A stretch of 64,000 nt of DNA from Acidobacteriota bacterium (GTDB lineage Bacteria; Acidobacteriota; UBA890; WLXD01). The stretch is taken from assembly GCA_965205505.1 (NCBI GenBank), contig CBDBHB010000009.1, positions 2,720,001 to 2,784,000 on the forward strand. Direction: 5' to 3'. Positions 36,436-47,110 of the stretch are shown here, in pieces. Made by a program: the position numbers and the translations under genes. The number at the start of each line of letters is the position of its first letter. Positions within the stretch are counted from its first letter, which is position 1. Below the pieces are notes generated by a model. That model made no database searches and had not been told where the DNA came from. It saw nothing but the letters and a program-made list of their open reading frames with translations.

Positions 36436-38912
36436 AGAAGCTCCTCCGAGGTCTCTCGGTCCTGATCTTGCTCGTCTTGTTCGCCACACCTGCTCATGCG
36501 CAGGTCGGCTTTGGCCGGGTTGTTGCCATTGGCGACGACGAGGTGTTTGTCGGCGAGGCCGGCAATCGGGCGAGCTCTGGGTACGTTTATGTATATCGCC
36601 GAGACGGTAGCGACTGGACCGAGGTGGCAGCCCTCGCGGCCTCGGACGCCACTGACGGCGACGGCTTTGGCAGCGCGATCTCCGTTGGTGGGGAGCTGCT
36701 GCTGGTCAGCGCGGTCACCGAGGAGAACGGCGCTGTATACATGTTCCATCGCGACGGGCGCTCGTGGAACGAAGTCGGTACGCTGATGCGTTCGGGCGGG
36801 CTCGACAGCGACCGGTTTGGCGCCTCCATGTCGCGCGACGGAACGCAGCTGCTGGTCGGTGCTCCCGCCGCCGCCGATGGTTGGGGATCGGCTGTCGTGT
36901 TCGAGATGCAGGACTATCAATGGGTTCAGGTGGCGCGGCTGTCGGGAATGCGTCCGGAGGTCGAGCACGGAGCAGAGGAGGACCGCGACCGGGCGCATGG
37001 CGAGGCCGCCGGCGAACGTGCCGATAGGGGGGAGGATGGCGAGGGCGACGATGAGGCCGAGCCCCCGACACCCGAGCGCTTCGGTTCCGCCGTATTGATC
37101 AGCGATGAGTGGGCGGTGGTGGGCGCTCCCAATGCCAACAAGCGCGCCGGGCTCGCGTACGTGTTCCGCAACGGCGACGACGGCTGGAAGCAGGTGACGA
37201 CGCTAGGGGATTTCTCGGAGGAGAACGATCGCTTCGGCTCATCGTTGGCGATCAAGGGCTCCGAGCTGCTCGTGGGTGCTGTTGGTGCGGGTCAACTCGG
37301 TGCTGTGCGGCGCTTCCAATACGACGCCGAGAACGGCGAGCTCACGCGCGCGGCGAGCATGTTCCCGTTCGAAGGAACGGCGTTCGGCTTCGGCGCTGCG
37401 ATCGCCGTCCAGGGCGATGATGTGTACGTGGCGGCACCGCGGGCCAACAATGGCTCTGGCGTTATATTCCGCTACACCGACGACGGTGCCGGTAACTGGT
37501 CGGAAGTCTCCAAGATCGGTACCGGTGCGTTCGGCCCGCGATCCCGGTTCGCCGCCTCGATGGCAGTCGATGGAGACATCATCGTCGCCGGCATTCCCAA
37601 CGTCGACTTCGGTGCTGGCCAAGCGATGATCCTGACCCGCACCTACGGTGGCTGGGATCGCACTACGGTGCTCTCGGAGATCAAGGCGCTCGAGCGCATT
37701 ACCGGCGCCGCGGTGCCATGCGATGCTGGGCAGGTAGGCCATTTCGAGTGTGCCGGCGTCGACTTGCTTGCCTTCCTGCCAACGCACGAGATCGGTGGCG
37801 GGCGTGGCGTCGTCACCAACGATGTCTGGGGATGGACGGATCCCGACACGGGCCGCGACATCGCCATCGTCGGCCTCAGCACTGCCGCCTCGTTTGTCGA
37901 CGTCACGGATCCATACAACCCGGTGTACTTGGGCAGGCTACCGAGGACGGACGGGTCCAACACCAGCGTCTGGCGCGACATCAAGGTTTACGCCGACCAC
38001 GCGTTCATCGTTTCCGACAACGCCGGTGAGCATGGCATGCAGGTCTTCGACTTGAAGCGGTTGCGCGAGTTCGAAGGCGATCCGATTACCTTCATCGAGG
38101 ACGTGCTCTACACCGACATGAACTCGGCGCACAACATCGTCATCAATGAAGAGACCGCCTTCGCGTTCATCGTCGGTGCCAGTGGCGGCGGCGAGACGTG
38201 CGGCGGCGGGCTGCACATGGTGAACATCGAAGACCCGAAGCAGCCAGTCTTCGCAGGCTGCTTCCAGGACGTACGCACCGGACAGCGCGGTACCGGCTAC
38301 TCCCACGACGCGCAGTGCGTGACTTACCACGGTCCCGACGAGCGCTATGTGGGCCGAGAGATCTGCTTCGGCTCAAACGAAACAGCGTTGTCGATCGCCG
38401 ATGTCAGTGACAAGCGCGACCCGCAGGCCATCGGCATGTCGAGTTATCCGAACGTTGCCTACAGCCACCAGGGCTGGCTGACCGACGATCACCGCTACTT
38501 CTACATGAACGACGAAGGCGACGAGATGACGGGCCTCGTGGAGGGCACGCGGACGATCGTCTGGGATGTGCAGGATCTGGAGGACCCGATCGTGGCCTCC
38601 GAATACGTCTCGGACAATCCCGCAATCGACCACAACCTCTACGTGGTCGGCAACGTGATGTATCAGTCGAACTACGATTCCGGGCTGCGAGTGTTCGATG
38701 TCTCCGAACCGGAAGCGATCAAGGAGATTGGTTACATAGATACGGTGCCATTTGGTGATGACGGCCAGGGAATGGGTGGCTCATGGAGTAACTACCCGTA
38801 CTTCGGCAACGGTATCGTCGTGATCACCTCGATGAGCGAAGGCTTCTTCGTCGCCAAGGTGCGCGACGATGCCCTGCCTGCCGGGGCCTCGAGCGGATCG
38901 GAGAGGGAGTGA
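36432..38912 (+). CDS. Secreted FG-GAP repeat plus choice-of-anchor B (LVIVD-like propeller) protein, paralog 1
   Basis: Signal peptide; FG-x-S/A...VGAP repeats; NDVWGWTDP, WRDIKVY, SAHNI, YSHDAQC, YSHQGW, DHNLY and WSNYPYF. Confidence 0.85.
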   Translation: MKKLLRGLSVLILLVLFATPAHAQVGFGRVVAIGDDEVFVGEAGNRASSGYVYVYRRDGSDWTEVAALAASDATDGDGFGSAISVGGELLLVSAVTEENGAVYMFHRDGRSWNEVGTLMRSGGLDSDRFGASMSRDGTQLLVGAPAAADGWGSAVVFEMQDYQWVQVARLSGMRPEVEHGAEEDRDRAHGEAAGERADRGEDGEGDDEAEPPTPERFGSAVLISDEWAVVGAPNANKRAGLAYVFRNGDDGWKQVTTLGDFSEENDRFGSSLAIKGSELLVGAVGAGQLGAVRRFQYDAENGELTRAASMFPFEGTAFGFGAAIAVQGDDVYVAAPRANNGSGVIFRYTDDGAGNWSEVSKIGTGAFGPRSRFAASMAVDGDIIVAGIPNVDFGAGQAMILTRTYGGWDRTTVLSEIKALERITGAAVPCDAGQVGHFECAGVDLLAFLPTHEIGGGRGVVTNDVWGWTDPDTGRDIAIVGLSTAASFVDVTDPYNPVYLGRLPRTDGSNTSVWRDIKVYADHAFIVSDNAGEHGMQVFDLKRLREFEGDPITFIEDVLYTDMNSAHNIVINEETAFAFIVGASGGGETCGGGLHMVNIEDPKQPVFAGCFQDVRTGQRGTGYSHDAQCVTYHGPDERYVGREICFGSNETALSIADVSDKRDPQAIGMSSYPNVAYSHQGWLTDDHRYFYMNDEGDEMTGLVEGTRTIVWDVQDLEDPIVASEYVSDNPAIDHNLYVVGNVMYQSNYDSGLRVFDVSEPEAIKEIGYIDTVPFGDDGQGMGGSWSNYPYFGNGIVVITSMSEGFFVAKVRDDALPAGASSGSERE

Positions 38913-39985
38913 AGCCGATGGCCCGGAGAATCGTCGGGTCGCTGATCGCGGTGACCTTGATCGTCGTCGTGTTGGCATGGTCGTCGAGCGCGTTGGCGGC
39001 ACCGTCAGGGCGGGTCTACGTGGCCAGTCAAGATGGCGCGGCGATCTCGGTGATCGACATCGAGACACAGCAGCTGATCGCCACGATCGACCTCACGTCG
39101 CTCGGCTTCAACCCCACCTCCAAGCCGCATCACGTGGCCGTCGAGCCCGACGGGTCGCACTGGTACGTTTCGCTCATCGCCGATTGGCGCGTGCTCAAGT
39201 TCGATCGCGACAACAACCTCGTAGGTCAGGCCGAGTTCGAAACACCGGGGTTGCTCTCGCTCGATCCGACCGGCGAGCTGCTCTACGTAGGCCGGTCGAT
39301 GGCGGCGGTGAGCCCGCCAACGCGCATCGGGGTGATCGATCGCGACAGCATGGCGATCGACGAGATCGACGTGTTCTTTGCCCGGCCACACGCGCTAATA
39401 GCGAACCCGAACGGCGAGGTGGTGTACACGGCGAGCCTGGCCGAGAACCGTATCGCGACTGTGGAGCCGGGCGAGGACGGACTGGAGCTTCTCGACGTTC
39501 CGGGTGGGACGCATACCTTCGTTCAGTTCGCCATCTCCCCCGCCGGCGACACGATGGTCACCGGTGGCCAGATCTCTGGTGAGATCCTGGTGTTCGACAT
39601 TAGTGATTCGCGTAATCCGGTCCTGCAGAAGCGCTTTGCGCTAGGTGGCCAGCCTTGGCACCCGGTCTACTCGGCCGACGGCTCGGTGGTGTATTTCCCG
39701 CAACGCACGGCAAATACCGTAGCGGTGATCGACACGAGCAGCTGGGAGTTGGTGGATCAGATCAGCGGCGGGGGGCTCTACGAGCCACATGGTAGCGCCA
39801 TCTCAGGCGACGGCCGCTGGCTATTCGTATCCGGCCGCAACACCGCAGGTGAGTACGGTGATGTCGTCGAGGACGCCAAGCCTCCCGGAACGCTCAATAT
39901 CATCGATACGGAATCCCGGCAGGTCGTGAAGGTGCTCGAGGTGCCAGCGTATGCTGCTGGCGTCGGTGCATCTGGCAGTCGCTGA
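38909..39985 (+). CDS. Secreted YncE/YVTN-type beta-propeller
   Basis: Signal peptide; RVYVAS...ISVID, NTVAVID and P-H motifs in successive blades. Confidence 0.85.
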   Translation: MKPMARRIVGSLIAVTLIVVVLAWSSSALAAPSGRVYVASQDGAAISVIDIETQQLIATIDLTSLGFNPTSKPHHVAVEPDGSHWYVSLIADWRVLKFDRDNNLVGQAEFETPGLLSLDPTGELLYVGRSMAAVSPPTRIGVIDRDSMAIDEIDVFFARPHALIANPNGEVVYTASLAENRIATVEPGEDGLELLDVPGGTHTFVQFAISPAGDTMVTGGQISGEILVFDISDSRNPVLQKRFALGGQPWHPVYSADGSVVYFPQRTANTVAVIDTSSWELVDQISGGGLYEPHGSAISGDGRWLFVSGRNTAGEYGDVVEDAKPPGTLNIIDTESRQVVKVLEVPAYAAGVGASGSR

Positions 39986-40070
39986 TCGACTCGGCGCCCT
40001 GGGAGCGCGCACCGGGCTGCCCGGGCAGGCATGGCAGAATTCGTCGTCTTCAAACAACCGAGGTACGTCC

Positions 40071-42487
40071 ATGAGAAAGGCCGGCGCTGCCCTGTCAATG
40101 ATCGCCCTGATCGCGACCGCCACGCCTGCCCTGGCCCAGCTCGGATACGGATCTGCCGCGGCGATCGGCGCCGCCGACGTCTTTGTCGGCGAGCCGGCGA
40201 ACTTGATCGGGCCGGGGGTCGTCTACGTCTATCGGCCGGCCAACGGAGGCTGGCAGCAGGTACAGGAATTGCTTGCCTCGGATGCGAGCGATACCGATGG
40301 GTTCGGCCGTTCGATCGCGGTCGACGGCAACCGGTTGCTCGTGGGTGCAGACTCCGTTGGTGCGGCGTACCTGTTTCGCCAGCAAGCGGGTGCTTGGGAG
40401 GAAACGGCGCGCCTCGCTCCGCATAGCGCCGGCGCCGGCTTCGGTGCCGCGGTGGCGCTCGGCGATGATCTGATCCTTGTCGGCGCTCCCGGCGGCAACG
40501 AAGGTGCAGGGAGCGTGTCTATCTTCGAGCCCGCCGGCGAAGGATGGGCGTTGGCAGACGTTATCGAAGGTGACGGAACGGACGCCGCCTCGGGAGCACC
40601 AGAGGGTTTCGGCGCAACCGTAGCGCAAGCTGGCGATTGGATCTTCGTTGGCGCGCCCGGCGGGCGCGTGGATATGTTCCTCCGCGGTCAGTTTCAGCGG
40701 AACCCGCCGCACGGGAGCGTCTACGTGTTTCGTCGCGACAATGACGGCTGGAGCCGTGTCGACAAGCTCGAATCTCCTCCACAGCGCGCCGCTGGGGCGA
40801 TGTTCGGCTCGAGCATTGCTTTGAACGAAACCGAGGCGCTGATCGGTGCAGTCGGCACCGACGACTTCAGCGGCGCGGTCTACCACTATCGCTATACCCA
40901 AGAGGATGCGAGCTGGACCGTGGCGGGTAGCCTGGCGCCGTTCGATGCCCCCGCCGGCGGTATGTTCGGTATCGATATAGCGCTGGGCGAGGACGAGGCT
41001 CTCGTCGGCGCGCCGGGCGCTGGTACCGGACGGCTGGAGGGGCGCGTCTATCGCTTCAGGCGCGGTCGAACGGGCGAATGGGCCGCCGCCTCGAAGCTCG
41101 GTACCACAGGTCTCAGGTTCGGCTCCGCATACGGCGCCGCGCTTGCCGCGAAGGATGATCTGGTCGTTGCCGGGCTCCCGGGTGACGATTATGGTGCCGG
41201 TAGCGCCGTCATCATGAGCCGGTTGGCGGACGGCTGGGACCGTTCGCACGTGCTGAGCGGAGCACGCGGTCTACCCGCGATCACCGGCGGAGCGGTGGAG
41301 TGCGTCGACGGCCGCGCCGGGATCTTCGAGTGCGACAACGTCGACCTGATCGCCTTCCTCCCGGTGCAGGCCATAGGTGGAGGGCGCGGCGTGACCACGA
41401 ACGACATCTGGGGCTGGACCGATCCGCAGACCGACCGCGACTACGCCATCGTTGGCATGCGCGATGGTACTTCCTTCGTCGATGTGAGCGATCCGTACGT
41501 CCCCGTCTTCGTCGGCAAGCTGTCGAAGTCAGCCGACTCCCCCGCCAGCCTGTGGCGTGACATCAAGGTCTACGCCGATCACGCCTTCATCGTTGCCGAC
41601 GCTTCCGGGCCGCATGGGGTACAGGTCTTCGACCTGACTCAGCTACGAGAGTTCGAGGGCACGCCACTCGTCTTTAGCGAAGCGGCGCACTACAACGGTG
41701 TGAACTCGTCACACAATATTCACATCAACGTCGATAGCGCCTTCGCGTACGCGGTGGGCAATAGCTCCGGCGGGGAAACGTGCGGCGGTGCGCTGCACAT
41801 GATCAACGTCGAGGATCCACGCAACCCGATCTTCGCGGGATGTTTCGAGCCACAGGCGGGCAGCCCGCGCGGCCCCGGTGGTACGCACGATGTGCAATGC
41901 GTCACCTACGAGGGCCAGATGAGCGCTATCGAGGACGGGAGGTGTGCTTCAGCTCCGACGGACGGGCTTTCGGCATCGGCGACGTCACCGACAAACGCAA
42001 CCCGCGAGTGATCGCCCTAGCGATCTACCCGAATCTAGCGTACACGCATCAGGGCTGGCTCGACGGGGAGCACCGCTACTTCTATATGAACGACGAGGGC
42101 GATGAAATCGCCGGGCTCGTCGTTGGCACACGGACGCTGATCTGGGACGTGCAGGATCTGGAGGATCCGATCCTCGTAGGCGAGTACACCACCGACAACC
42201 CCGCCACCGACCACAACCTCTACATCGTCGGCGACGTGATGTACCAGTCGAATTACCGCAGTGGTTTGCACGTGCTCGATATCAGCGAGCGCGAGCAACC
42301 GCGGCCGCTCGGTTTCTTCGACACCGTACCGTGGGGCGACAACGACGGCATGGGCGACATCCTGTCCGGGGCGATCGGCTCGTGGAGCAACTACCCGTTC
42401 TTCGACAGCGGCGTGGTGGCCGTAACTTCCGGCAAAGAGGGTCTGTTCATCCTCAAGGTGCACGACCCCGACCGGTACCGCCCCTAG
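40071..42487 (+). pseudogene. FG-GAP plus choice-of-anchor B protein, paralog 2, single frameshift near 41912
   Basis: Collinear with paralog 1; the frame changes at TYEG/GPDERY (GAGGGCCAGATG, a short homopolymer), possibly a sequencing error. Confidence 0.8.
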
Positions 42488-42642
42488 CAGGCCGTGGTGA
42501 AAGTGTGGTGGGTCTGGCGACAGGGTCTTGCGAAGTGGAGGCAAGGAGAGAGAGGAGAAGGCGATGGTTACGCCATCGTTGACGAGGAACGACGCAGCAT
42601 ACGCGCGCAACCCCCTGTCGCCCGATCACCACGGCCTGCTAG
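42484..42642. mobile_element. Single-module derivative E4 of element E1 (159 bp)
   Basis: Nearly identical to the reverse complement of the right half of E1, up to CCCGA of the central linker, then joined to a 17-bp TIR end. Left CTAG is a TAG stop. Confidence 0.85.
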
Positions 42643-42648
42643 CACTGG

Positions 42649-43257
42649 ATGACGGGCGTAGTGGCTGACAACGGCGGACAACATGCGTCCGGGCAGCGTG
42701 CGGGGGGAAGCGGTGCGCCGAGCGCAGCTCGGCTGATCGAGCGGCTGGTGGCTTTGGGTACTACCCACGTCGTCGGTATTCCGGACAACGACACCGCGCA
42801 GGTTTTCGAGCGCCTGTGCGGTCACCCGACGATCCGGCTGCTGAGCGTCACGCGAGAGGGCGAGGCGTTCGCCATTGCTGCGGGGCTATGGATCGGCGGC
42901 CAACAGTCGGTGGTGATCATCCAAAACACCGGGTTGCTCGAGAGCGGCGATAGCCTGCGCGGCACCGCCGGGCGCATGGGGGTTCCATTGCTCTGCCTGG
43001 TGGGCTATCGGGGCTACGCGAAGATGCTCGCCGCCAAGCTGGCAACGCTTCCCCGACCGTACGATGCAGCGACGCTGACGCGCGCCGACGTCGACTCGGT
43101 GGCCCTCCTGACCGAGCCTACGTTGGCCGCCTGGGGCGTGCCGTTCTGGCGGCATGACTCGGACATCGACACCGATAAGGTGGTGCCACACGCTTTCGAG
43201 ACGGCTGCGCAGCAGTCTCAACCCACCGTTGTGCTGCTGACGCGCGGGTTCACGTGA
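42649..43257 (+). CDS. ThDP-dependent sulfopyruvate/phosphonopyruvate decarboxylase-like alpha subunit
   Basis: VVGIPD, VTREGEAFAIAAG, IQNTG and GYRG. Confidence 0.8.
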   Translation: MTGVVADNGGQHASGQRAGGSGAPSAARLIERLVALGTTHVVGIPDNDTAQVFERLCGHPTIRLLSVTREGEAFAIAAGLWIGGQQSVVIIQNTGLLESGDSLRGTAGRMGVPLLCLVGYRGYAKMLAAKLATLPRPYDAATLTRADVDSVALLTEPTLAAWGVPFWRHDSDIDTDKVVPHAFETAAQQSQPTVVLLTRGFT

Positions 43258-43847
43258 TGCTCACGAAGGACGAGCTGCTCGCCCCGCTCGCACGGCTGCG
43301 CGAGGATCGGATCGTGGTGACGACGATGTCCGTGGTGCGCCCATGGGCACGCCATTCGCAGAGCGAGCTCGATTTTGCGTCGGCAGATAGCGCCATGGGG
43401 CACGCGGCAGACCTGGCGCTGGGTTTGGCGCTGGCGCAGCCGAAGCGCGGTGTGGTCTGCCTCAACGGCGACGGCAGCATGCTGATGAGCTTGGGTACGC
43501 TGGCGACGATCGTCGACTCCGGCGCCACCAACTTGACCCTTCTGATCGTCGACAACGGTACCTATGAGATCACCGGTAGTCAGCCGCTGCCGGCACAGGG
43601 GAGGATTGACTTCGGTGCCCTGGCGCGTGCCGTCGGTTTCCGCAGGACGTACGCCTTCGAGGACGCCGACGAGTACGAGCAGCAGTTGCCGGAGGTGCTG
43701 GCCGGCGTGGGGCCAGTGCTGGTCTCCGTTCGCGTCGAGCCGGGCACCGAGGGGCCGCTGGCGCGGAGGCCATCAGCATCGTCGCACTACCTGCGCACGT
43801 CGCTACGCGAATCGGCCCGGCGACTGCGCGAGATCCTGAGTGGCTAG
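43254..43847 (+). CDS. ThDP-dependent decarboxylase-like beta subunit
   Basis: AMGHA, NGDGSMLMSLGTL and DNGTYEITGSQP ThDP motif; GTGA coupling to the alpha subunit. Confidence 0.8.
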   Translation: MMLTKDELLAPLARLREDRIVVTTMSVVRPWARHSQSELDFASADSAMGHAADLALGLALAQPKRGVVCLNGDGSMLMSLGTLATIVDSGATNLTLLIVDNGTYEITGSQPLPAQGRIDFGALARAVGFRRTYAFEDADEYEQQLPEVLAGVGPVLVSVRVEPGTEGPLARRPSASSHYLRTSLRESARRLREILSG

Positions 43848-43908
43848 GAAGTGTGGTGGGTCTGGCGACAGGGTCAGCGTACCGCGGTCAGGGTGCGGTT
43901 TACGCTAG
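43844..43908. repeat. Remnant of E4-type element
   Basis: After CTAG (a TAG stop) comes AAGTGTGGTGGGTCTGGCGACAGGGTC, identical to 42501-42527; another CTAG lies at 43905. Confidence 0.7.
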
Positions 43909-44011
43909 AGTTGGACGCGCAGCGTCGCTCTCGCCTCGAACTGTACGGAAATCGCGTGCTCCCTACCGCTTCGATTGCTGGCAAGACCCACTACTCGGGG
44001 ACTTCCGCGTC

Positions 44012-45925
44012 ATGAGACGGTTCGGCGGAGCGCTCGCTATGCTGATCGCTGTCGGCGCAGCGAGCATGCTCGGCGCGACCGGTGCGGTCGACCGGCAAGA
44101 ACCTGGCGGGGATGCGTTTCGAGTCGAGTTTGGCGGAGGATCTGAGACGGCGCGCTCCGAATTCGAGCGTGACGTCTACGCCTTCGAGGTTCTCGACGCG
44201 GATGGCAGCCCCTACGCGCACCCCTTCCTAGGCGGCCTCAACCTGCCACGGCCGCAACTTGCCGATATTGACGGCGACGGCGATCTCGATCTGTTCGTGC
44301 AGGAGTACACCGGTGCTGTGATGTTCTTCGAACAGACGGGCACGCCCACGGAACCCCGCTACGTATGGCGTACGGATGCCTACCAGGGCGTCGATATCGG
44401 CGAGTGGTACCTGTTCGTCGACCTCGACGAGGATGGTGATCTCGATCTTCTAGGTGAGGAGCGGTTTAGCCTTGTGCGTATGTACCGCAATGAAGGCGAC
44501 CGCACGGCCCCGCGCTTCGAGTTGCTGGCGGAGCGCCTCATGGACGACAAGGGCGAACCGGTTTTTGCCGACCGCCAGAACATACCAAAGGTTGCGGATC
44601 TGGACTGTGACGGCCGGCTCGATCTCATGGTGGGCCGGGTCGAGGGTACGATCTCTCGCAACGAGATGGTCGGTCTGGACGAGCGCGGCGCACCGATATT
44701 TCGTCACCTGGAGGATCGTTTCCAGGGCATCGAGATCATCGGTCAGGTGTTGGGCGGCCCCACGTCGCGAGCGTCTGGCGCCGGATCTCGGGGAACACTT
44801 CACGGCGCCAATACGATGGCCTTCGTGGACTTCGACGGCGACGGTGACCTGGACCTGTTCTGGGGCGATTTCTTCGAGCCCGGCCTCTTGCTGATCGAGA
44901 ATCGGGGCTCCTGTCGAACACCGTCGTTGCGCTCGAACCCCACGCCGTTTCCGCCCAACGACCCGGTGAAGACGAGTGGCTACAATGCCCCTGCCTTCGG
45001 CGATCTCGATGGTGATGGTGATATCGATCTGCTGGTGGGCGTGTTGGGCGGAGCGTTCAATCCCAACAACACGACGATCGATAACTTGCTGCATCTGGAT
45101 CGTACCGGCACACGACGCCTGGAGCTTCAGACGCGCCGCTTTCTCACTCAAGTCGACGTCGGCAGCGAGAGCTTTCCGGCGTTCGCCGACATCGACAGCG
45201 ACGGCGATCTGGATCTTTTCCTGGGCAACAAGATCGAACCCGGCGACACGCGGGCCGGCCGCCTGTTCTTCTTCGAGAACATCGGTACCACGACGCAGCC
45301 ACGCCTGCAGTTTCGCGGGCCCATCGAATCGTTTGCCGGCGTCTACCACTATGCCCCGGCATTCGGTGACCTGGACGGCGACGGCGATCTCGACATTCTG
45401 ATGGGTAGTTGGGGCGACGAGCTACAGCTGGTGCGCAACGAGGGGAGCGCCGCTCGTCCTGATTGGGCGGTTGCCGATCCACAGATCGTCACGCTCACGC
45501 GAGGGCGCAACGCGGTCCCCGCTCTCGGGGATATCGACGCCGATGGTGACCTGGATCTGTTCGTCGGAGAGTCTTCGGGCGAGTTGAACTTCTACCGCAA
45601 CGTCGGATCGGCGACGGCGCCACGCTACGAGCTGGTCGACGACAAGTTCGAGGGAATCGACGTGGGGCGGCGCAGCGCCCCGACGCTTACCGATCTCGAC
45701 GGTGACGGAGATCTCGATCTGGTGGTTGGCTCCGAAGCCGAGGGACTTGTCCTGTTCCGTAACGTCGGTACACCTCAGGCGCCGCAGTTCGAGGCTGATG
45801 GGGCCTTCGGTCCTGCGGGACATCCGTTCGCCACGCCGGTTTTCGCCGATCTCGACGAGGATGGCACACTCGACCTGTTCGTCGGCGGTGTCGGCGGTGG
45901 TATCGAGGCGTACCGGAGGCAATAG
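44012..45925 (+). CDS. Secreted FG-GAP/VCBS repeat protein
   Basis: Signal peptide; about ten DxDGDGDLD calcium-blade motifs. Confidence 0.88.
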   Translation: MRRFGGALAMLIAVGAASMLGATGAVDRQEPGGDAFRVEFGGGSETARSEFERDVYAFEVLDADGSPYAHPFLGGLNLPRPQLADIDGDGDLDLFVQEYTGAVMFFEQTGTPTEPRYVWRTDAYQGVDIGEWYLFVDLDEDGDLDLLGEERFSLVRMYRNEGDRTAPRFELLAERLMDDKGEPVFADRQNIPKVADLDCDGRLDLMVGRVEGTISRNEMVGLDERGAPIFRHLEDRFQGIEIIGQVLGGPTSRASGAGSRGTLHGANTMAFVDFDGDGDLDLFWGDFFEPGLLLIENRGSCRTPSLRSNPTPFPPNDPVKTSGYNAPAFGDLDGDGDIDLLVGVLGGAFNPNNTTIDNLLHLDRTGTRRLELQTRRFLTQVDVGSESFPAFADIDSDGDLDLFLGNKIEPGDTRAGRLFFFENIGTTTQPRLQFRGPIESFAGVYHYAPAFGDLDGDGDLDILMGSWGDELQLVRNEGSAARPDWAVADPQIVTLTRGRNAVPALGDIDADGDLDLFVGESSGELNFYRNVGSATAPRYELVDDKFEGIDVGRRSAPTLTDLDGDGDLDLVVGSEAEGLVLFRNVGTPQAPQFEADGAFGPAGHPFATPVFADLDEDGTLDLFVGGVGGGIEAYRRQ

Positions 45926-45970
45926 CGCCGACCGGAATCTGCATGCGGTGACGCCGTAGGGGGCGGTCCA

Positions 45971-47110
45971 ATGGCCCTCTATCCCCGTGGAGCGACAGTG
46001 CGCGGTATTCAGGTGTTTCTGGTCGTCTGTGTGGCAGTGCTCGGCATGGTGAGCCTCACCGCGGCTCCGCAGGCGCCCTCATACGCTCGGGAGTCGGTCG
46101 CGGTGGGGGTGGATGCCGCCAAAGCGATCGTTCGCAGCTTGAGCTTCAAGCGCCTCAAGCGCAACGTGCGCACCCTGGCCGGGTTTCAGACCCGGTACTG
46201 GAGCACGGAGGGTAACGAGCGCGCCCGCGACTGGCTCCACGCCGAGCTCAAGGGGTACGGCTATGCGGTGGAGCGGCACCGGTTCATAGCCGCCGGCCGC
46301 AACGGCAACGAGACTCCGAAGGAGATCGACAGCGTTTACGCTACGAAGGTCGGCACCGTAAGGGCTGGCCAGATGTATATCGCCTCGGCCCATATGGACA
46401 GCACCAACTTCGACAGTGGCGACCGGTCGTTTGCCCCAGGTGCGAACGACGATGCGTCGGGAACCGCTCTCGTGCTCGAGCTAGCGCGGGTGTTCTCACA
46501 CCCCGACGTAGTAACCGACGTCTCCATCCGCTTCACCTTCTGGAATGCCGAGGAGATTGGCCTGGTGGGCTCCCGGGCATACGTCGAAGATCGGCTGGCG
46601 CTGCAGGGCGTGGAGTCGCCGCCCGGATCTAGCGCGTTTCCGGAGCCCGAATGGTTGGGGGTGATCCAGCACGACATGATGCTCTACGACCATGGCATGC
46701 CGGTCGCTGCCACCGGGTTGCCGGCCGACCGGCAGATCCCGTCTGCCGACGTCGACATCGAGTACGACGCCGACTTGCCGTTTGGCGGTGGCGCCTTGAG
46801 GCTCGCGGCCGCGTGGCTAAGCGCCAATGCGACGTACGCGACGACCCGTTACCCAGCCGAGGTAGGGCAGTTCATGCAGAGCACCGACTCGGTTTCTTTC
46901 TCGCCCGATGTCGCTTCGATCAGCGTTCGCGAGAACGAGCGGCGTGACGTGATAGGGCGCGGTAGCGATCCGCATTGGCACAGAAGTAGCGACACGTTCG
47001 ATACGTATCGTAACGAGGACTTCCGCCTCGGCTTCACGGCGCTACAGATGAGCGCCGGCGCTCTTTCGGAGCTTGTGGTAGCGCGGCTACTCGAAGGTGC
47101 CTTGCCGTAG
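45971..47110 (+). CDS. Secreted M28 metallopeptidase
   Basis: SAHMDS, APGANDDASG, NAEEIGLVGS, QHDM and a late His. Confidence 0.88.
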   Translation: MALYPRGATVRGIQVFLVVCVAVLGMVSLTAAPQAPSYARESVAVGVDAAKAIVRSLSFKRLKRNVRTLAGFQTRYWSTEGNERARDWLHAELKGYGYAVERHRFIAAGRNGNETPKEIDSVYATKVGTVRAGQMYIASAHMDSTNFDSGDRSFAPGANDDASGTALVLELARVFSHPDVVTDVSIRFTFWNAEEIGLVGSRAYVEDRLALQGVESPPGSSAFPEPEWLGVIQHDMMLYDHGMPVAATGLPADRQIPSADVDIEYDADLPFGGGALRLAAAWLSANATYATTRYPAEVGQFMQSTDSVSFSPDVASISVRENERRDVIGRGSDPHWHRSSDTFDTYRNEDFRLGFTALQMSAGALSELVVARLLEGALP

